Shown: positions 61,419 to 64,000 of the stretch, piece after piece
How the letters are laid out: every line of letters begins with the position of its first letter
How positions within the stretch are numbered: position 1 is the first letter of the stretch
NCBI GenBank assembly: GCA_019634385.1
Contig: JAHQVK010000050.1
Span: 20,072-84,071 of the forward strand
Length of the DNA stretch: 64,000 nt
Origin: Myxococcales bacterium
Lineage (GTDB): Bacteria > Myxococcota > Kuafuiibacteriia > Kuafuiibacteriales > Kuafuiibacteriaceae
Direction: 5' to 3'
Translations under genes and position numbers: made by a program
Notes under the pieces: generated by a model
Told to the model about the DNA's origin: nothing
Seen by the model: the letters and a program-made list of their open reading frames with translations, nothing else
The model's database searches: none

Positions 61419-63230
61419 GTGGTCAAATATGGTCCCGAAAAAATCTCGGAGATTCGAGATAGGGTTCGTCTCGAAGAGTGGGTAGGACGAACAGTTCAAC
61501 TTCAAAAGCGCGGTCATCGATGGGTAGGTTTGTGTCCGTTTCATTCTGAGAAGACACCTTCTTTTGGTGTCAGTCCCAGTAAACAGCTCTTTCATTGTTT
61601 CGGCTGTGGAGTAGGAGGCGACGTGTTTGCGTACGTGATGCGACTAGAGGGCCTCGATTTTCCAGCTGCGGTTAAGCTGCTTGCTGAGGCTCATGGAATA
61701 GAGCTACCGAATCTCTCTGATCCTGCTGACCCCGCTCAGCAGCAAAGGACCAAGCACAATCAGCAGTTGTACAATATAAACGCGGTCGCCCAAGAGGCCT
61801 TTCGAACTGCACTGCGAACCGACAAAGGCGCTCGCCAGTATTTGACGCACACCAGGGGCCTATCACCAGAAAGCATCAACCACTTTGAGATCGGTTGGGC
61901 GCTACCGGAGTGGAGTGCCCTGACCAATACCATTAGGCAGGCTCAACTTCCCGTGGAGCTTGCCCTAGAAATTGGTCTGCTGGGGAGGCGTGCCTCCGAC
62001 AATAAACCGTACGATCGCCTTCGAGCTAAGGTGACTTTCCCTATTCGCTTACCCAACGGACGGATTGCTGGATTCGGGGCTCGTCGTGCAGATTGGATCG
62101 ATAACAATGGCCCAAAGTACCTAAATTCCCCGGAAAGTTCTATTTACGACAAGTCTACAATTCTCTACGGACTTCACCTCGCGCGGGATAGCATTCGAAA
62201 AATGCGGCAGGCTCTGCTCGTAGAGGGTTACTTGGACGTTATCGGCCTAGTCCAAGCCGGTTTTACCAATACCGTCGCCAGCTGTGGCACGGCCCTGACT
62301 ACAAACCACGCCAAAACGCTTGCGCGACTAACCACAGAAGTTGTCACCATTTATGATGGCGATACCGCCGGACTGCGGGCGACCCTTAAGACGGCAGAAC
62401 TGCTTCTGGCGGCAGGCACTGAGGTAAGAGTTGTGCCGCTTCCCAATGGCTCTGACCCGGACGATTTTGTTCGGAACAACGGCCGTGAGGCACTAGAGGA
62501 GGCGATACGCTCAGCCCCCTCTGCCATAGATTTCTTTCTCCACCAAGCTCGCGCAACCCATGCTGGGGGAGGCGTCGCTGGTGCACAGAAGGCGATAGAC
62601 ACGGTGCGTCCCTTGCTGGAATCGATCGCTGACCCATTCGTAAGGGACATCGCTTTTGATGCCTGCGCCCGCGAACTAGGTATTGATAGACGAACACTGA
62701 ACCGCCATCTCGGGCAAAGGCGCTACAAAGTTTCCCCACGAAATGCACCGAATGTGTCACATCCACACGAGGAAGAGACACTGAGTACCAACAGCAGGAG
62801 TGCACCTCTCCCGCATATCGTTGAAGTTGAACTGTTAAAGATGCTCCTCGAAGAACCTAAAACCGTGCTGAATGCCCTAGATACTCATGGTGCCCGTGAA
62901 GCGTTTGTATCGACTCCCTTGAAGTGTGCGGTTGATGGGGTGGCTAATGCCATTCAGAGTGAGCAATCGTTCTCTGGTCCAGAAGCGCTCGATATTATGA
63001 GAGACCAGGGTTTAATCCATGAACCTTGGCTACAGCAGGTGCGGGCCCACCTGGTGATGTCCAACGAACCCGAGGCCCATGATCTTGATACGCTCATTGA
63101 GCGTCTTAAACGCAACTACCGCCACGTGCGGATTCAGGCTCTGCAACAACAAATCGACCGATGCACCAACGCTGACGAGCACACCAGACTCTTAGAAGAG
63201 GTGGTTCGGGTGCAACTGGGCGAATTGTAG
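61419..63230 (+). CDS. dnaG: DNA primase
   Basis: CHC2 zinc finger GLCPFHSEKTPSFGVSPSKQLFHCFGCGVGGDVFAYVM. TOPRIM block LVEGYLDVIGLVQAG...YDGDTAG. 603 aa. Confidence 0.9.
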   Translation: MVKYGPEKISEIRDRVRLEEWVGRTVQLQKRGHRWVGLCPFHSEKTPSFGVSPSKQLFHCFGCGVGGDVFAYVMRLEGLDFPAAVKLLAEAHGIELPNLSDPADPAQQQRTKHNQQLYNINAVAQEAFRTALRTDKGARQYLTHTRGLSPESINHFEIGWALPEWSALTNTIRQAQLPVELALEIGLLGRRASDNKPYDRLRAKVTFPIRLPNGRIAGFGARRADWIDNNGPKYLNSPESSIYDKSTILYGLHLARDSIRKMRQALLVEGYLDVIGLVQAGFTNTVASCGTALTTNHAKTLARLTTEVVTIYDGDTAGLRATLKTAELLLAAGTEVRVVPLPNGSDPDDFVRNNGREALEEAIRSAPSAIDFFLHQARATHAGGGVAGAQKAIDTVRPLLESIADPFVRDIAFDACARELGIDRRTLNRHLGQRRYKVSPRNAPNVSHPHEEETLSTNSRSAPLPHIVEVELLKMLLEEPKTVLNALDTHGAREAFVSTPLKCAVDGVANAIQSEQSFSGPEALDIMRDQGLIHEPWLQQVRAHLVMSNEPEAHDLDTLIERLKRNYRHVRIQALQQQIDRCTNADEHTRLLEEVVRVQLGEL

Positions 63231-63256
63231 GCCAACCGAGAATGGAAAGACGAAGC

Positions 63257-64000
63257 ATGTCGACGAATTCCAAGGCTGCGACCAACCCTGATGCGGTACA
63301 TTTAACCAGCAACGAGCTTGAGAACTCTGCCCCTGAGCAGAGCTCTCCGTCCGAGGCAACCGCTTCGGCTCAGTCTCCTGCCTTAGACCCGCATCCTGGA
63401 ACCCCCACCCAGACTTTTGCGGAAGCACCAACTTTCGAAGCAAACAAGAGAGAGAGCTCCGGATCCGAGACGCCTTCCCCAACCACCTCCGTCGAATCCC
63501 CGTCCGCAAACGTTGTTACTTGGAATGGCCCCGATGACTTCAACACAATCCAACCGGAAGTGAACCCCATCTCCAGTCGTTCAGAAGCTGAAGCCGATCA
63601 CGACGAGGCCTCCCCGGTTTCCTTCAGTTCGGACATCCCGGAAATACTCTCCGCTCCAAACAACATCCCTTTTCAAACCCCTGTGCCCACAACTTCATGG
63701 AACACAGACCTGTCGGATGCCAGCGACACGTTCAGCCATTCCCACGTGGACAGTCCTATAATACCCACAGACATTAGCTCATCTGCTCAGTCGACAGATA
63801 CCGGCCCATCTACACCATCAGCAGACATCAGCTCATCTGTTCAGTCAATAAATACCAGTCCGTATACATCGTCAACAGACATCAGCTCATCTGTTCAGTC
63901 AATAGACACTGATCTACCGGTCTGGGCAACACAATCACAACCCCAAGTAACACTACCATCAGGGACACCCCTTACTCCGGCGAACCCCCCACACCACCAA
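63257..64000 (+). CDS. Partial ORF open to the window end: Ser/Thr/Pro-rich low-complexity protein with 60-bp tandem repeats
   Basis: ATG at 63257, then 248 stop-free codons to the window end. Protein-level repeats DISSS(A/V)QS(T/I)(D/N)T. No sigma-70 motifs are visible, so it is not called rpoD. Confidence 0.4.
   Translation, partial: MSTNSKAATNPDAVHLTSNELENSAPEQSSPSEATASAQSPALDPHPGTPTQTFAEAPTFEANKRESSGSETPSPTTSVESPSANVVTWNGPDDFNTIQPEVNPISSRSEAEADHDEASPVSFSSDIPEILSAPNNIPFQTPVPTTSWNTDLSDASDTFSHSHVDSPIIPTDISSSAQSTDTGPSTPSADISSSVQSINTSPYTSSTDISSSVQSIDTDLPVWATQSQPQVTLPSGTPLTPANPPHHQ

Noticed and set aside
63257-64000. Calling the partial ORF rpoD on the basis of the conserved rpsU-dnaG-rpoD order
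   Set aside because: No sigma-70 region 1.1/1.2 motifs appear in 248 residues. It is annotated only as an unknown low-complexity ORF.

Overview
This 64-kb window looks like chromosomal DNA from a Myxococcota-like (deltaproteobacterial) genome of roughly 53-56% GC. The lineage call rests on a Myxococcales-type Cys-rich 'CxDG' repeat protein, PEGA-domain Ser/Thr kinases, a PilY1 homologue, and many TPR, FHA and GAF signalling proteins. Coding density is high on both strands.

Conserved housekeeping blocks:
- spoVR-like gene
- sbcD-sbcC, with a GTGA stop/start overlap
- csrA-fliW, with an ATGA overlap
- der, era, rnc and mnmA, together with phhB, miaE and an EVE-domain gene
- ihf, tRNA-Arg(CCT), apt, an M23/LysM peptidase and surE
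- an isolated atpG, with no other atp genes in the window
- mpl
- rpsU-dnaG

Accessory content:
- A family of at least 7 short structured repeats (~110 bp full length, 43-57 bp derivatives), all intergenic, with TACAGCA...TGCTGTA termini and three internal hairpins. They look like MITEs or small RNAs. Copies are concentrated around a cellulose-active module.
- That module pairs a CBM2-GH6 cellulase with a CBM2-(EPEPVP)n-PQQ-dependent sugar dehydrogenase. Both have a TGTATACA motif 60-61 bp upstream of the start codon.
- An island of about 1.1 kb at roughly 70% GC carries an NmrA/SDR-like gene and sits between atpG and a DUF72 gene.
- A 175-bp imperfect palindrome lies between a Cys-rich lipoprotein gene and an Fe-S oxidoreductase gene.
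- A multi-fasciclin (FAS1) gene is broken by at least 4 frameshifts and carries an in-frame 21-bp tandem duplication.
- An orphan 1221-aa PilY1-like protein.
- A signalling neighbourhood: FHA-GAF histidine kinase, Cys-rich-repeat/Kelch secreted protein, a 670-aa unknown, a Ser/Thr kinase and a hybrid histidine kinase.

No CRISPR array, integrase or transposase ORF was seen.
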